From Eledone cirrhosa (Eukaryota): DNA of 64,000 nucleotides. Below the pieces are notes generated by a model. That model did no database searches and had not been told where the DNA came from. It saw nothing but the letters and a program-made list of their open reading frames with translations. The stretch is from assembly GCA_964016885.1 (NCBI GenBank), contig OZ024742.1:88412001-88476000 (forward strand). Reading direction: 5' to 3'. Both the position numbers and the translations under genes were made by a program. Shown here in pieces: positions 41,447 to 60,189 of this stretch; position 1 is the first letter of the stretch, and the number at the start of each line of letters is the position of its first letter.

Positions 41447-43620
41447 AATATTGTAATAAAATGGCAGGAGGCTGAACTTGTGTAAATCCTTGAAAGGTTT
41501 ATTATACTATTTCAATGACCGGGTTCCGTATCAATCCGGTGATATCATCGGGTATTTGAAATATAATAAATGATTTTCAGCCTCATGGATTTTATCTATT
41601 ACATTCATTTATTATATTTCAAATACCTGATGATATCACCGGACTCATACGCAACCCGGTCATTGAAATGATCATAGTATAATAAACCTTTCAAGTCCAG
41701 CCTCCTGTTATTTCAGTATAATATTTAACTCCGTACTAGCACAACCAACTACAAAAACGAAGACGGTTGAACTGCTTTACGTTGAGTACTCTCCATATTA
41801 TTACATTAAGATTGACCATACGGAATTGACCAGCTCTATCCAGTGGTGAACCTTCAAACCTGATTAAATAATGCTCCTGAAATGTTGAGCACTTACAAGT
41901 GTAATAATGAACAGCGGCATGGGACTGAATAGATATAACCGCCATTCCGATTTTGGATACTCTGAGCTTTGTCTACCGCCCACCTGTCCCAATGCTACTC
42001 CCCTCTCGGAATATTCAGACTTCGACAAAATTCTACGGATTATACCATAACCTGAATTGTAATGTACTGTAGTGACTAAACTCTCTACCCTATACTTCAG
42101 GGCCTGTGTAATTCACACTGAATTCTCAGACTCGAACACACACTGATTCCATTTCCATATCTATATGCATTATCTGACTGCAACTTGAACTATATTGTAT
42201 TTCTCCTGTGTTTTGATTTCTCCATGTTACTCCACCACCACTCTTTTTTGTTTATTTATATCTTTCTACCTTGGCTTTATTAATGTGCTTTGTCCACGTA
42301 TTCTACTTCTATATATCCATGTATTTTTTACTCCTCTTATTAGGACTTCTACACGCTTGTACCCATTAGCACACGGCACTAGAATGACCGTCACATAGTA
42401 GCTTTAAATTGTAGACCTAATTATAATTATTAGATGTATCACGCCTCCCTCTACTTAAACAAATACCCCTCCTGGGTAAATTAATAGTACTGGTTTGGTA
42501 CAAGGATGGCCTCACGATGAGGGCTGACTTCCAACTGGCGCACATGAAGCCTGTTATACATTACTATAGTGCTTGGAAAAATTGATTTCCATATCTTAAG
42601 CTAGGCGATCTCACTCGGAAGGGCTGACACGCGGTTAGGATGGGCCGTCGGAGCCTGTAGTCGCCTCATGCTGTTTGACTGCTAAACAAAGACATAATCT
42701 TTACTCTATAATACAAGTTAAGTTTCTTCATAAAAGAATCTTTCTTTACTAAAACCTCGCAAACAAAACCTTAAACATTTTAAACTGTTTAATTTTCAAT
42801 TTTCTAATTTCTTTAATTTTATGATGTTAATATTTATTAAATTTGTGCAACTTCATCCTATAAATCTAAACAAAAATTTAACGTTCGAATCTTCTACTCA
42901 CACATTGTAACATGCAGACCTCAACAATATTGACCTCTGTTATAATATATATCTCTGTTAAGATACGGGTCCTTTAGAATACATTTTTGCGCCATTCCTG
43001 GCCTGACTAGCTTGGCATTAGTACGGACTTTTCTTCCTCTTTCTTTCTGTCTTTCTCCTTGTAGCTCGACATTAACGCTGACTTTTCTTCTTCTCCATTT
43101 TCTTCCCCCTTCTTTCTGTCTTTTTTCGTGTAGCATGATATTAACGCTGACTTATCTTCCTCTCCCTTTCTGTTTTTCTTCTATTTGACCGGAAGGGTAG
43201 TAGCACACTATAACCTTTACTCCCCTCAACAGATACCCTCAAGTACACTGAATAGCCGGCACTTGATGGCGCCCGGCTAACGTGGAAGATGCTAGATGGT
43301 CGGTCGTCCTCCGGTCTTTGATTTTCATGCCCATGGATTTTATCTATTACATTAATTTATTATATTTCAAATACCTGATGATATCACCGGATTTATACGG
43401 AACCCGGTCATCGAAATGATCATAGTGTAATAAACCTTTCAAGGATTTACACAAGTCCAGCCTCCTGTCATTTCATTATAATATTTAACCCCGTACTAGC
43501 ACGACCGACTACAAAAACGAAGACCGTTGAACTGCTTTACGTTGAGTACGCTCCATATTATTACATTCAGATTGATCATACGGGATTGACCAGCTCTATC
43601 CGGTGGTGAATCTTCAAACC

Positions 43621-43624
<4 letters not shown>
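41447..43624 (+). mobile_element. ORF-less retrozyme-like PLE: inverted stub + pLTR(HHR) + 1.45-kb body + pLTR(HHR)
   Basis: Direct repeats 41584-41862 and 43332-43622; HHRs at 41623-41680 and 43371-43428 (atac-CTGATGA..accgg/ccggt..GAAA-tgatca-TA-gt(a/g)t). Confidence 0.88.
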
Positions 43625-43657
<33 letters not shown>

Positions 43658-43662
<5 letters not shown>

Positions 43663-44288
43663 AAAGAATAGAGGTGTAACACACAAGTTATTATATATTG
43701 GTAAATGGAATAGAAAATGCTGACAAATTGTTCACAGTTGAAAAGTGGTTTAATTAGGAATAAAAGAGTATTAGTAATTGTATGGGTTAGTATTCAGTTT
43801 TGGTTTTAAGTTTTTAAGTTTTTACCGGTTGCGCATTTCTAAATGCTTTTCAAAAATAATTTTGAGAGAGAGTGTCCGTGTTGTTTACTCTGATCTGATT
43901 AGTTTTGGAAATTATACCTGTTTTTATGTTTAAAAAGTGGTCCCAGCGCTACTTTGGTGTTGCAAAAATTCTTGTGGTCAAAACAATTTTGATTGGTCGG
44001 TAGAGGTCATGTGAATGTAAAAAATTGATTTTGCGCCAAGACTGTTTTTATGTTAAAAAAGTGGCTCCAGTGCTACTTGGTGTTTGCAAAAATTCTTGTG
44101 GTCAAAACAATTTTGATTGGTCGGTAGAGGTCATGTGAATAAAAAATTGATTCTGCGCCAAGACTGAGAAATGACTCCTTCACAACAAATATGTGTGTGT
44201 TTGTGTGTGTGTGTGTGTGTAGTAGTAGTAAGGTGTTCGATGTCGTGATAATCGTTAGCAGGGATGTGTGTCAAATGGCTATTAAGAT

Positions 44289-44347
<59 letters not shown>

Positions 44348-44588
44348 GAAGAGTAATTCGTGGTAGCAGGGATGGTCAGTAGGAATGTGTATGTAGGCAG
44401 TGGGGGGTAATTTAGCACTCTATCTCAAAATTATTTTTGAAAAGCATTTAGAAATGCGCAACCGGTTAAAAGTCAAAAACTTAAAACCACAACTGAATAC
44501 TAACCTATAAAATTACTAATACTCTTTTATTCCTAATTAAACCATTTTTCAACTGTGAACAATTTGTCAGCATTTTCTATTCCGTTTA

Positions 44589-44593
<5 letters not shown>
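43658..44593. mobile_element. Fold-back of the 25088 family; variant HHRs at 43820-43856 (-) and 44434-44471 (+)
   Basis: Left arm carries the long tail; right arm stops at tttaccaa then (TA)n. Confidence 0.85.
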
Positions 44594-44674
<81 letters not shown>

Positions 44675-44679
<5 letters not shown>

Positions 44680-45696
44680 GACGTAAAATAAGAAAATTTT
44701 AAAACTTAAAAATTAACTTACTTACTGAAATTTTCACTCCAAATAATTAGTTTCTGTAATGGGATAAAGATAGTTACGCAATGTAACCATCGGAATTCAT
44801 TACGTCATCAGGGAGTCTATTCTCAGCTAAGTCCCCAGGCAATGCGCGGACACTAGGAACTCATATAAAAATAATAATTCGGTGGATGGAACAGCTAGCG
44901 GGGACTGAATTCCATAGCACTGAAAAAGTTCACTGTCTCTGGTCAAGTGGCAGATTCTAAAGAATCAATCACGTGACACTGAGGCTAGTCAGTAGGAGTG
45001 GGATGGTATTATGTCAAGAGCCTACTACAGTGAACCTTTTCATATAATTGTTCTGCATCCACATGCATAGAACCACCTATGTACTATGACATAACTTATG
45101 TATTTGCTAGCATCAGTGTACATCTGTACGCATATGTTGGTAAATATACTAATTCTCTATATTTATCTCCAAATTATTTATTTGTTGAGCAAACTTGCCA
45201 AATCCACTGCTAACTCATTGTAGTGGTAGTAGGCTCTTGTCATAATACCATCCCACTCCTACTGACTAGCCTCAGTGTCACGTGATTGATTCTTTAGAAT
45301 CTGCCACTTGACTAGAGAGAGTGAACTTTTTCAGTGCTATGGAAGATCAGTCCCCGCTAGCTGTTCCATCCACCGAATTATTATTTTTATATGAGTTCCT
45401 AGTGTCCGCGCATTGCCTGGGGACTTAGCTGAGAATAGACTCCCTGATGACGTAATGAATTCTCGATGGTTACATTGCGTAACTATCTTTATCCCATTAC
45501 AGAAACTAATTAGTTGGAGTGAAAATTTTAGTAAGTAAGTTAATTTTTAAGTTTTAAAATTTTCTTATTTTACGTCTTTCATATAATTGTCCTGCATGCC
45601 CCTGCATAGAACCACCTAGGTACTATGACATAACTTATGTATTTGCTAGCATTAGTGTACATTTGTACGCATATGTTGGTAAATATACTAATTCTC
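44675..45696. mobile_element. Inverted arm plus 539-nt direct-repeat mini unit; HHRs at 44736-44816 (-) and 45439-45520 (+)
   Basis: 45041-45157 is repeated at 45580-45696; actcc-CTGATGA-c-gtaatg..cattac-a-GAAAC-taatta-GTT-ggagt. Confidence 0.88.
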
Positions 45697-45697
45697 C

Positions 45698-45754
<57 letters not shown>

Positions 45755-45755
45755 C

Positions 45756-45851
<96 letters not shown>

Positions 45852-45858
45852 ATGTATG

Positions 45859-45891
<33 letters not shown>

Positions 45892-45902
45892 GTATATATA
45901 TA

Positions 45903-46082
45903 TAAATGGAATAGAATGAAACGAAATTTCATTTCACACTCTTAGTACGGCACTTACTTAAATGTAAGTATGCATGTATAAATACATACATATATGTATG
46001 TACGTATACATACATACTTATATTTAAGTAAGTGCCGTACTAAGAGTGAGAAATGAAATTTCGTTCCATTCTATTCTATTTA
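45903..46082. repeat. 180-bp palindrome made of the 60190-family tail
   Basis: gaaatttcatttcacactcttagtacggcacttacttaaat is inverted at 46022-46062; matches 60458-60513 and 60896-60950. Confidence 0.85.
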
Positions 46083-46105
46083 TATACATATACATATATA
46101 TATGT

Positions 46106-46580
<475 letters not shown>

Positions 46581-46609
46581 TATGTATACATACATACATA
46601 CTGACTTAC

Positions 46610-46653
<44 letters not shown>

Positions 46654-47939
46654 ATATGTGTGTATGTGTGTGTGTGTATTCGTGTGTAAGATATATATAT
46701 ATATATATATATATTCTGATTATGGTGGAAACAACTTAATCTCTTACCAAAATCTAGTTTTATTTCAGTACTAAATTGATTAAGACACACTATATATTTA
46801 TAAGATTAAGATTTACATCTGCCCGTATATGCAAACGGTATCGAAATTAAGGTGGACAATAATGTATACACGTAAATACACGCACTCACACATACAAGAA
46901 TGGCAATGCATCTGTTATCATAGGTTTCATTAGGCATAAATATACACAGCTAGCTATTTAGTTCATCACCTGATAGATATGTCAATTAGAGACACTCTCT
47001 CAATTACAATGTCAAACTAATATGGAAAAGGTTTAGAAAGAATTAAGTATACATGCTAGATTCCTCACCGAAATTGAGTTTGGGAGTTAAGCAAACCTGG
47101 TTTTATCCTCAATGAATACATATTTTTGTTCTCAAGTAAACATAAATATCATAAACAGTTCACATCAGTTTAAAATTAGCTACCGTTTTTCACATATCCT
47201 CAGATCTCACTAAAATGAACCTACAACCTCTACTTCCCACCTACCCGCTTGAAGCTGCCGAAAAACCATCCGGTGTTTTCTCGTGAGATTTTGCTTTTCA
47301 AAGAATCCCATTGTAGCCGGAGTAACTACATAAGCTTCACTGTCCTCTGACATTAACTCAACATATATATTCGTTCACAGACAGGGAAATTCCCTCTCAT
47401 ATTCCTGTTATATGTATCGTTTCTATAAACAAAACATAATATACCAAAGATTACACTTGATACAAGTTTAAAGAGCCTCCTCTGCAAACCTTTAGCTAAA
47501 AATTCCAGCTTGGTATAAATGAGCAACCAACTGGTTCTATCATTGCGTGGGTGATAATGTAAATATACATTCTGGTACCAAGCAGGAAGACAGTCTCAAA
47601 AATATTCCTCCAAAACACAGATTTATTCCGTAAAAAGATGCGTTGGGGTGCTTTCTATTTCGCCAACCAAGATAAAGCTGATGCAAAACAGGATGTCTTG
47701 ATTTAAGACATACAAACATCACAGCCTTATTACTTTTCGAAAGGGATGAACTTCAAATCATACGGCATATCAAATTTCGAAAGATAAGCATTTTCTTCCT
47801 ACAGCATTTGAAGAATAGGATCCGATTGCTAAATATATCCTAATGTTGTGCATGTTCACATCGCTAAAACTGATAAGTTATACCAAGTCGAAGATGAGCA
47901 CTTTCATCAATTGTTACATAATGGTGTGGCCATAAATTA

Positions 47940-48118
47940 TCGGTGAATTGGCAGTATTGGTAGAGGGTCAGACGCCATGCTTTGATTCATAGAGTTAGGG
48001 CCCTTGCCATTCTCAGTTCAAATCCCGTCGAGGTTAACTTTGCCTTTCATCCTTACGGGGTCTATAAAATAAAGTATCAGTATGTTGCTAGACTTGTGCC
48101 AAAAGTAGAAACAATTAT
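47940..48118 (+). mobile_element. tRNA-derived SINE (OR-like family)
   Basis: Homologous to 20692. Confidence 0.85.
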
Positions 48119-48597
48119 TGGAAAACCGATCGGCATGATATTAACGACATCAACAACGCTGGTTTAAAAATCACTTCAGAAATGAAAATCCAGGACCGGA
48201 GAGAAACTTCGTATCGTATTTCTCTTCATTTTACTTTTCTGGGACATAAACCAAATTTCGTTAACAAACCATCTATTCGGCTCGTTCAGCTCGCTCTGTG
48301 TGATTTAGGTCATTTTGTAACAGAATTTTAGATAGGATATTACCCAAAACTATAAATATGGATCTTCTAGCCATGTGGAACAATTTTTTCGTGGGGACTG
48401 ACTTGTTTCCTCGTCCTACGTCCAATGTGTTTTCTTGCCGAATAGTCATTGCTGAACTATCGTGAATAGTCCTGTGATCTACAAAAGACAGCTGATGAGC
48501 GGGAATTGTCATTGTGTTTGTGTCTTCCGACTTATCTGATACCTTTCTTCCAATGTGTTAGTTTATATTTCCTATAAATTTAAATGTGCATTTAAAT

Positions 48598-48634
<37 letters not shown>

Positions 48635-49755
48635 GGAGATTTCTTCATAGAAGCCTTATTATTATAGCCTGGTCTATTCGATTTTTTTATATGGTTAATT
48701 ATGCTAATTGGGAGAGGAAATGGTATATATTTTATCTGGTGATTCTATAGACATGTTTTATGATATATATATATATATGTGTATATATGTATATATATAT
48801 ATGTGTGTGGGTGTGTCTATGTGCGTGTGTGTGTGTGTGTATGTGTGTGAGAGAGAGAGTGTGTGTATATGTGTGTCTTGTGTTTTGTATATAACTATAT
48901 ATATATGCATGTAAATATATGTATGCAATATATAATAATTAACGTTTGTCACTGATACTATTGAATGTAATTGTTGTTAAATCAATTAAGTTGTTAATAT
49001 GGTAATGGAAGTTAAAATTATACGTTAGAGGTAACGAAATCAAGTGATTCAAATTAGACATTCACTCAACATATGTGTGAATATATATTTGTTAATAGTA
49101 GGTTGAATATAATTCTCATAACTGTGTGACCAAGCAACTGATGGTGTTAAATACCTATGAAGTCAAGCTAAAATCCTCGAGGATTAAACACACACACATC
49201 TACACATATATATATAGACAATTAAACACACACACATCTACACATACAGATACATATGTGATGACAGATAGGTGTGCGTGTAAGTGTATGAGTGTGAGTG
49301 TATATGTGACCATTTTTTTTTATTTTAACGTTAGGCCTCAGAGAATTAAACACACATACATATAACATTATTAAGTTGCATACACATTATCGTCATACAC
49401 TGACAATTAAACACACAAAAAGACACATCTACACATACAGATACATATGTGATGACAGTTAGGTGTACGTAAATGTATTTCTGTGTGTCTGTCTTAGTAT
49501 ATGTATGTGAGTGTGTGAGTGTATACTAGAGTGTATCTGTGCGTGAGCAACAGTTTACTCATTTGGACACCAAGAGAAAATGACACGATGAATATTGTTT
49601 ACTCTATTGTGCTTCGAGTTTGACAGATTTTCATTACTAAATTCTATTATCATTACAATTTTGATATTTCTTTTTAGATATTTTGAAATAGTTAAGAGAA
49701 AAAAAAACCATATCTTCATATTTATTGTTTACTAATCTGAATAAGAACAGCAGTA

Positions 49756-49783
49756 ACCCGGGCAACGCTGGGTAATTCAGCCA

Positions 49784-49785
<2 letters not shown>
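49756..49785 (+). mobile_element. Helitron-like 3' end
   Basis: acccgggcaacgctgggt hairpin then aattcagccagt (CTAG changed to CCAG); similar to 9143-9172; 5' end not located. Confidence 0.5.
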
Positions 49786-49853
<68 letters not shown>

Positions 49854-50685
49854 ACGTGACTGTCGTGTGCGTCGTTTGCGTGTGTGTGTGTATATGTGCG
49901 TGTGCGTGTGTGTATGTATATTCATTGTAGTTGGTGGTTCACCACTGGAGAGAACTTTTCATTCCGTGTAGTTAATTATGATGTAATAGTATGAAAGCAC
50001 GCAACGCGACGCAACTCATTGTGGTGTAAGATACTGCTGGTGGTACATGGACGGTGTTAAACGTTATTGAATAAATTAACAGGATTCCGGAAATTTAAAA
50101 TTCCTTTAAAATTCTGCTGGCACTAAATATATTTCAATGACCAGTAAGATTTTATTGACATCATCAGGCGCATTGCTTAACAGTTATAAAGGAAACACGG
50201 TGAACACAGGTTGTGTAGAAGGAGACAAAAAAATAGAAATACTTGGTCGGAGCAGCCTACGTCAGGTCTCTTAGGCTTACTGCCTATACTTATATTTTAG
50301 TCCATTTTTTTTTTATTTCATTGGAATCAGCTACACAACTGATATTATTTAAGCGCATATTACGCAACCACGAAATATTTATATATGCATATTTCATTGA
50401 TACAATGGTCACAGAAGCGTTATATATATAGATTTCTCCTCACTCCACCTCAACCTAACATTTCCTGTAGAACTACAGCTGGACCCCCATTCAACTTATT
50501 TTCTGTAACTTAATATATTTTACAGTCTAAACAAGACTGACGCAAGTGCAGGGTATCAGTAATTCGAATACTACTGACAGCATCCCACTACCTATCAATA
50601 TTCAATATAAAGTTAGTCATTTTTATTCGGAGCCAGTAAGCCTAAGGGATCGGACATCAAGCATCTTCATCTTTTTTTTATTTTT

Positions 50686-50875
50686 CCGTGGATCGGCAAT
50701 ATCGGTAGAGGGTCGGACGACATGCTTTAAGTCAAAGAGTTACGGCCTTTGCCATTCTGAGTTCAAATCCCGCTGAGGTTAACTTTGCCTTTCATCCTAA
50801 TGGTGTGTGTAAGATAAAGCACTAGTAATGCACTGGAAAAATTGCTGGTCTTGTGCCAAAAGTACAAACAATTAT
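50686..50875 (+). mobile_element. tRNA-derived SINE (OR-like family)
   Basis: Homologous to 20692. Confidence 0.85.
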
Positions 50876-51056
50876 TTTTCTCTGTGTTCATAAGCTGTGA
50901 TTACTATGTTTCCTATATAACTGTTTTGCAATGAACCTCATGATATTACTGGAATCTTAGTTGTCATTGAAATATACATGTGCCTGCAGAATATAACTTT
51001 GAAGGAATTTCAACTTTCCGGCCTCCTGTCGCTTTATTCAGTAATGTGTGTGTGTG

Positions 51057-51089
<33 letters not shown>

Positions 51090-51714
51090 TTAGGAACTTA
51101 AAATAGTCTCTTACAGCAAAATAGCTCTAAGAAAGAGATATTTCCGAGCCGTATATTATAATAGAATATAAAAGAAAAACGAACACATACATTTACATAT
51201 ATGTGTTCAAATCGTAAGGGACCGGATTCCCTAAGGTGAAAAGAATACTAACTATAGACAATTGGGTATGCTTGTCTCAATTTAAGAAAAAATTAAGAAA
51301 ATAAATACAAACCGGAATTGTGATAACTACCAATCACCCATACGAATAAAGCTGGCTGCTATTTTTAGTGGTGTAAGTTAGTGAGACACGCTAAGATACC
51401 ATGTGCGCTATTTTATATATAGCACACTATTCAGTTTCTTAATATATTTAGTGGTGTGTAGGATACTAATTCATCACCCACTGATGAGCTTGAATTTGTA
51501 ATTCTATTCACAATTAACATTGCGTAACAACAAGCTGTCTGAGTGATTGGTAGTTACCACAATTCCGGTTTGTATTTATTTTCTTATTTTTTTCTTAATT
51601 TGAGACAAGCACACCCAATTGTCTAAAGTTAGTATTCTTTTCACTTTAGCGAATCCGGTCCCTTACGATTTGAACATATATAGGTATATGTCTGTGTTTT
51701 CATTTTTATTTTAT

Positions 51715-51720
<6 letters not shown>
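51090..51720. mobile_element. Fold-back element with HHR-like motif at 51475-51545 (+)
   Basis: 51161-51340 is inverse to 51540-51720; caccca-CTGATGA-gc..gc-GTAAca..tGTC-tgagtg; left arm about 70 nt longer. Confidence 0.8.
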
Positions 51721-51793
<73 letters not shown>

Positions 51794-51795
<2 letters not shown>

Positions 51796-52553
51796 GTGGG
51801 AAAGTGAAACATCGGAGAATAGACCGTTAAAACATGTTTATTTAAAATATCACCTACGTACGTTTCGCCCAGTTGGGCTTCTCAAGGGCATAAATAATCA
51901 CAAGTGTTCCTTATATAGTTCGGAAAGTTAAAAAGTGTTCCTTATATAGTTCGGATAGTTAAAAATATCCTTCTTTAGATGGGTTAAGAATGAAGAGTGA
52001 AATAGTACAATGGATCTCCCTGCAACAAGTCTTAACACCCCGGCGGGCAGGCGCAGCAAAATAACACCCAGAAAACAATCCTTGCATACCAGACCCAGCC
52101 TCAGACAAACGGATGCGGCGAAAAAAAAAAAGAAAAAAAAAATTATCCGGGAAAGACTGCCCTAACACCGGCCAGAGTTACCTCCCTTGACCTGCTGCAA
52201 AATCAAAACAAGATATTTTTGTGAGCAATGAATCTTGATGTGGATTTAACCCCCAAAACTCTTTCCGAACTATATAAGGAACACTTGTGATTATTTATGC
52301 CCTTGAGAAGCCCAACTGGGCGAAACGTACGTAGGTGATATTTTAAATAAACATGTTTTAACGGTCTATTCTCCGATTTTTCACTTTCCCACGTGCTTAC
52401 GCTCTGCTAACTCTCTAGCCCACTAAATATTAACACTTCGAATATTTAATACTGCCGGCACTAGTATCGAGCAGCTTTGGCATACGCTACTTGGCAAATA
52501 ACTATATGTATCACCTATCCCTACTTTTTCTCTCTTTCTCGATACGTAAATAC
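51794..52553. mobile_element. Fold-back element with U3-A8 HHRs at 51850-51891 (-) and 52297-52338 (+)
   Basis: 51794-51927 is inverse to 52261-52394; TTGAGAA-gccc-aact-gggc-GAAA-cgtacg-TA; right arm about 160 nt longer. Confidence 0.88.
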
Positions 52554-52575
52554 TATATATATATATATATATATA

Positions 52576-57630
<5,055 letters not shown>

Positions 57631-57761
57631 TATATATATATATATTTATACATATATGGAATGGAATGTGCAGTTACTTTAGGTTCAACCAAATCAGCAC
57701 CCGATGCGTAGTTTTCAGTCTGTAAAGAGGTGTTTAGAAATAAGCAGTGTAATTATAATAA

Positions 57762-58502
57762 CTAGCAGAAAACCACCCCTCGGGTGGTTTTCTGATACCA
57801 TGTGTAGTGTGTATGTTGATATGATACGCAGGTATATATACATGTAGATATGATATATCAAATAAAATAGTAATTCACAATATATAATAAATAGAAAAAG
57901 AACAAAGACTGCGTTACACGGCCTTATTTAATCATTAACGTAATCCACGATACATTAAAAAAGACGATATTATATATAAACTGCATTAGGAGAATATTAG
58001 TATGTTTATTTAAAAGATGGCCAACCGGAAGTGTTGACATTTCAGAAATTTTAAAGAAGTGAATCTTTAAATAAACGAAATATATTTAATCAACAGCCAC
58101 GAAATGTAGTAGATAAATTATATAATATTCATTCATTATTTATTCAAAGTAATCCAAGTTATGTTACTAATGGGATAAAACATTATACACTGTACGCAGT
58201 CCCGCGCTCCTTACTTTATGAAAGAACGATTCGTTATGTCTTCATTACGTTTATTGAGTAGTGAGGCGTGTTTCGCTATTGATCAGCTCAATGTTCGATC
58301 TGTATCGATGTAGACCGACTCTGGATTCAGAAGCACGTCGGACCTCTGCTGAGTTAATGAAAGCAGTGGTCGGACGAGCCTTTCGTTCAAGAGTCGGTCT
58401 AGATCCATGCAGATCGAACCTTGAACTGATCAATAGCGAAACTTGCCTCACTACCCAAAAAACGTAATGAAGACGTAACGAATCTTCCTTTTATTATATA
58501 TA
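57762..58502 (-). mobile_element. Non-autonomous Helitron with an internal 270-bp hairpin, in tandem with a second Helitron 3' end at 58503
   Basis: Minus-strand 3' end cagaaaaccacccgaggggtggttttctg-CTAG-T; head tatatataataaaaggaag; second ctagcagaaaaacc at 58503. Confidence 0.65.
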
Positions 58503-58669
58503 CTAGCAGAAAAACCGCCCACGTATGGTTTCGTGCTAGAAGATGTAGCGTGCGTATTGGTTTTATACGCAAATATATATGCTTATGGATATGATATCTA
58601 AATTGAAATGTAAATTGACAATATCTTCTTCTTTGCCCAGTTATTTCTGAGAAGGTCCCCTTCAAACAC

Positions 58670-59030
58670 TGTTTCCAGTTAGACTCTCAGAAACAAACAT
58701 CTCTAACTGATCCAGCTGGATCCCAAAGCGTGACCAGCCAAGCTCGTGGATGTTATCCAACTATCTTGCTCGGGATCTACCACGGGGTCTCTTGCCGATT
58801 GGTTTTGCCGGTAAAATCTGTTCAGCGATTCTTTCCTGAGACATTCTAACCACATGCCCATAGTATCGGACCTGTGATCTCTCAATCTGGAGAAGTAGCG
58901 GCTCTACCAGGAATGACATTCTGATCTCTGAGCTATGCCCTTTATCGAGTAACGTTACTCCAAAGACTTCTGAGGAATCCTATTTCTGCCGTTTGTATTT
59001 GCAACTGTATTATTTCGGTCATTACCTCAT
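58670..59030 (-). mobile_element. RTE-like LINE 3' fragment
   Basis: Similar to 1-270 (aacgttactcc, tctgatctctg); RPVVDPEQ-type C-terminal remnants. Confidence 0.55.
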
Positions 59031-59252
59031 GATCCTCGGTAAGAGTTGGCAGACATACCTGGAAGACAACGAGTTTGTGGCGATATACCGGAAGTATTGA
59101 AATGTGTATCCTTTAAAAGAAGTCAATCTTGAAATATGCAATCAAATTATGTAATATTCATTAATTATCTATTCAAAGCAATCTAACTAATTTTACTAAC
59201 CAGAATAAAAAATATATTCTGGACGTAGTCCGCACTCCTCCCTTTATTATCG

Positions 59253-59306
<54 letters not shown>

Positions 59307-59311
<5 letters not shown>

Positions 59312-59875
59312 GTGATCTGAGTTTTCGAATAATAATAATAACATTTGATTCGTTTGCAATTATGCAAACAAGCCCCATTTTTAAAGCCATGTCAGTAGAA
59401 TGAACTCTTCATTCTTGCTCTTGTGTTGGTATGTAAACAGAACTGCAGACACTAATGTTTCTCGGTATCTCACTTCATCAGTACAGTCACTGTTCAACTG
59501 CCAACTGTCAGAGCTAGTGAAAATATATGTTATTATCTAAAATATACAGTGATGACTGATCGGCCTGATTTGCATATTAGCAGACTGGCTGATCAGTCAG
59601 ATCTGCATAATAGCAGATCCACTGATAAGCTAGATTTGCATATCAGCAGACAATCGGCAGCTGAACAGTGAGTGGTAGTGATGAAGGGTTATACCCAGAA
59701 ACATTATTGTCTGCAGTTGATTACATGCAATAGCAAGAATGAAGTGTTAATTCTACTGACATGGTTTAAAAATGAGGCTTGTTTGCATAATTATAAACGA
59801 ATCGAATGTTATTATTGATAATCGAAAAACTCAGTTTACATTTATTTTATTCAGCCATGTAGAGCGAAAATTTAT
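59307..59875. mobile_element. Fold-back element with HHRs at 59442-59487 (-) and 59671-59717 (+, degenerate)
   Basis: actgta-CTGATGA-..-GAAAC-attagt-GTC-tgcagt; arms 59307-59500 and 59660-59845. Confidence 0.8.
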
Positions 59876-59907
59876 ATATATACATATAAATATATATATA
59901 TATATAA

Positions 59908-60124
59908 AAGCCGATCGACTTTCGTCAAATCGGACCGAGGGAACAATGTTTCCGTTGGTCTTTCCAATTGCTAATACTATCTATCGGTCGCAACTCCAGG
60001 TAGAAGGAGCAACGTGAAATAAAGTGTCTTGCTCAAGGACATAACGCATCGCCTGGTCCAGGAATCGAACTCACAACGTTACGATTGCGAATCCAATTCT
60101 CTAACCACTCAGCCACACGCCTTC
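59908..60124 (-). mobile_element. tRNA-derived SINE (OK-like family)
   Basis: Reverse complement of 57416-57630. Confidence 0.85.
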
Positions 60125-60125
60125 A

Positions 60126-60185
<60 letters not shown>

Positions 60186-60189
60186 TGTA

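Noticed and set aside
46790-48600. Possible host exons or transposase remnant (also 36540-37170 and 62520-63340)
   Set aside because: No recognisable protein motif or splice pattern by eye; needs BLASTX.
58251-58467. Similar ORFs on both strands (MRQVSLLISS / MRRVSLLISS)
   Set aside because: A by-product of the DNA palindrome.
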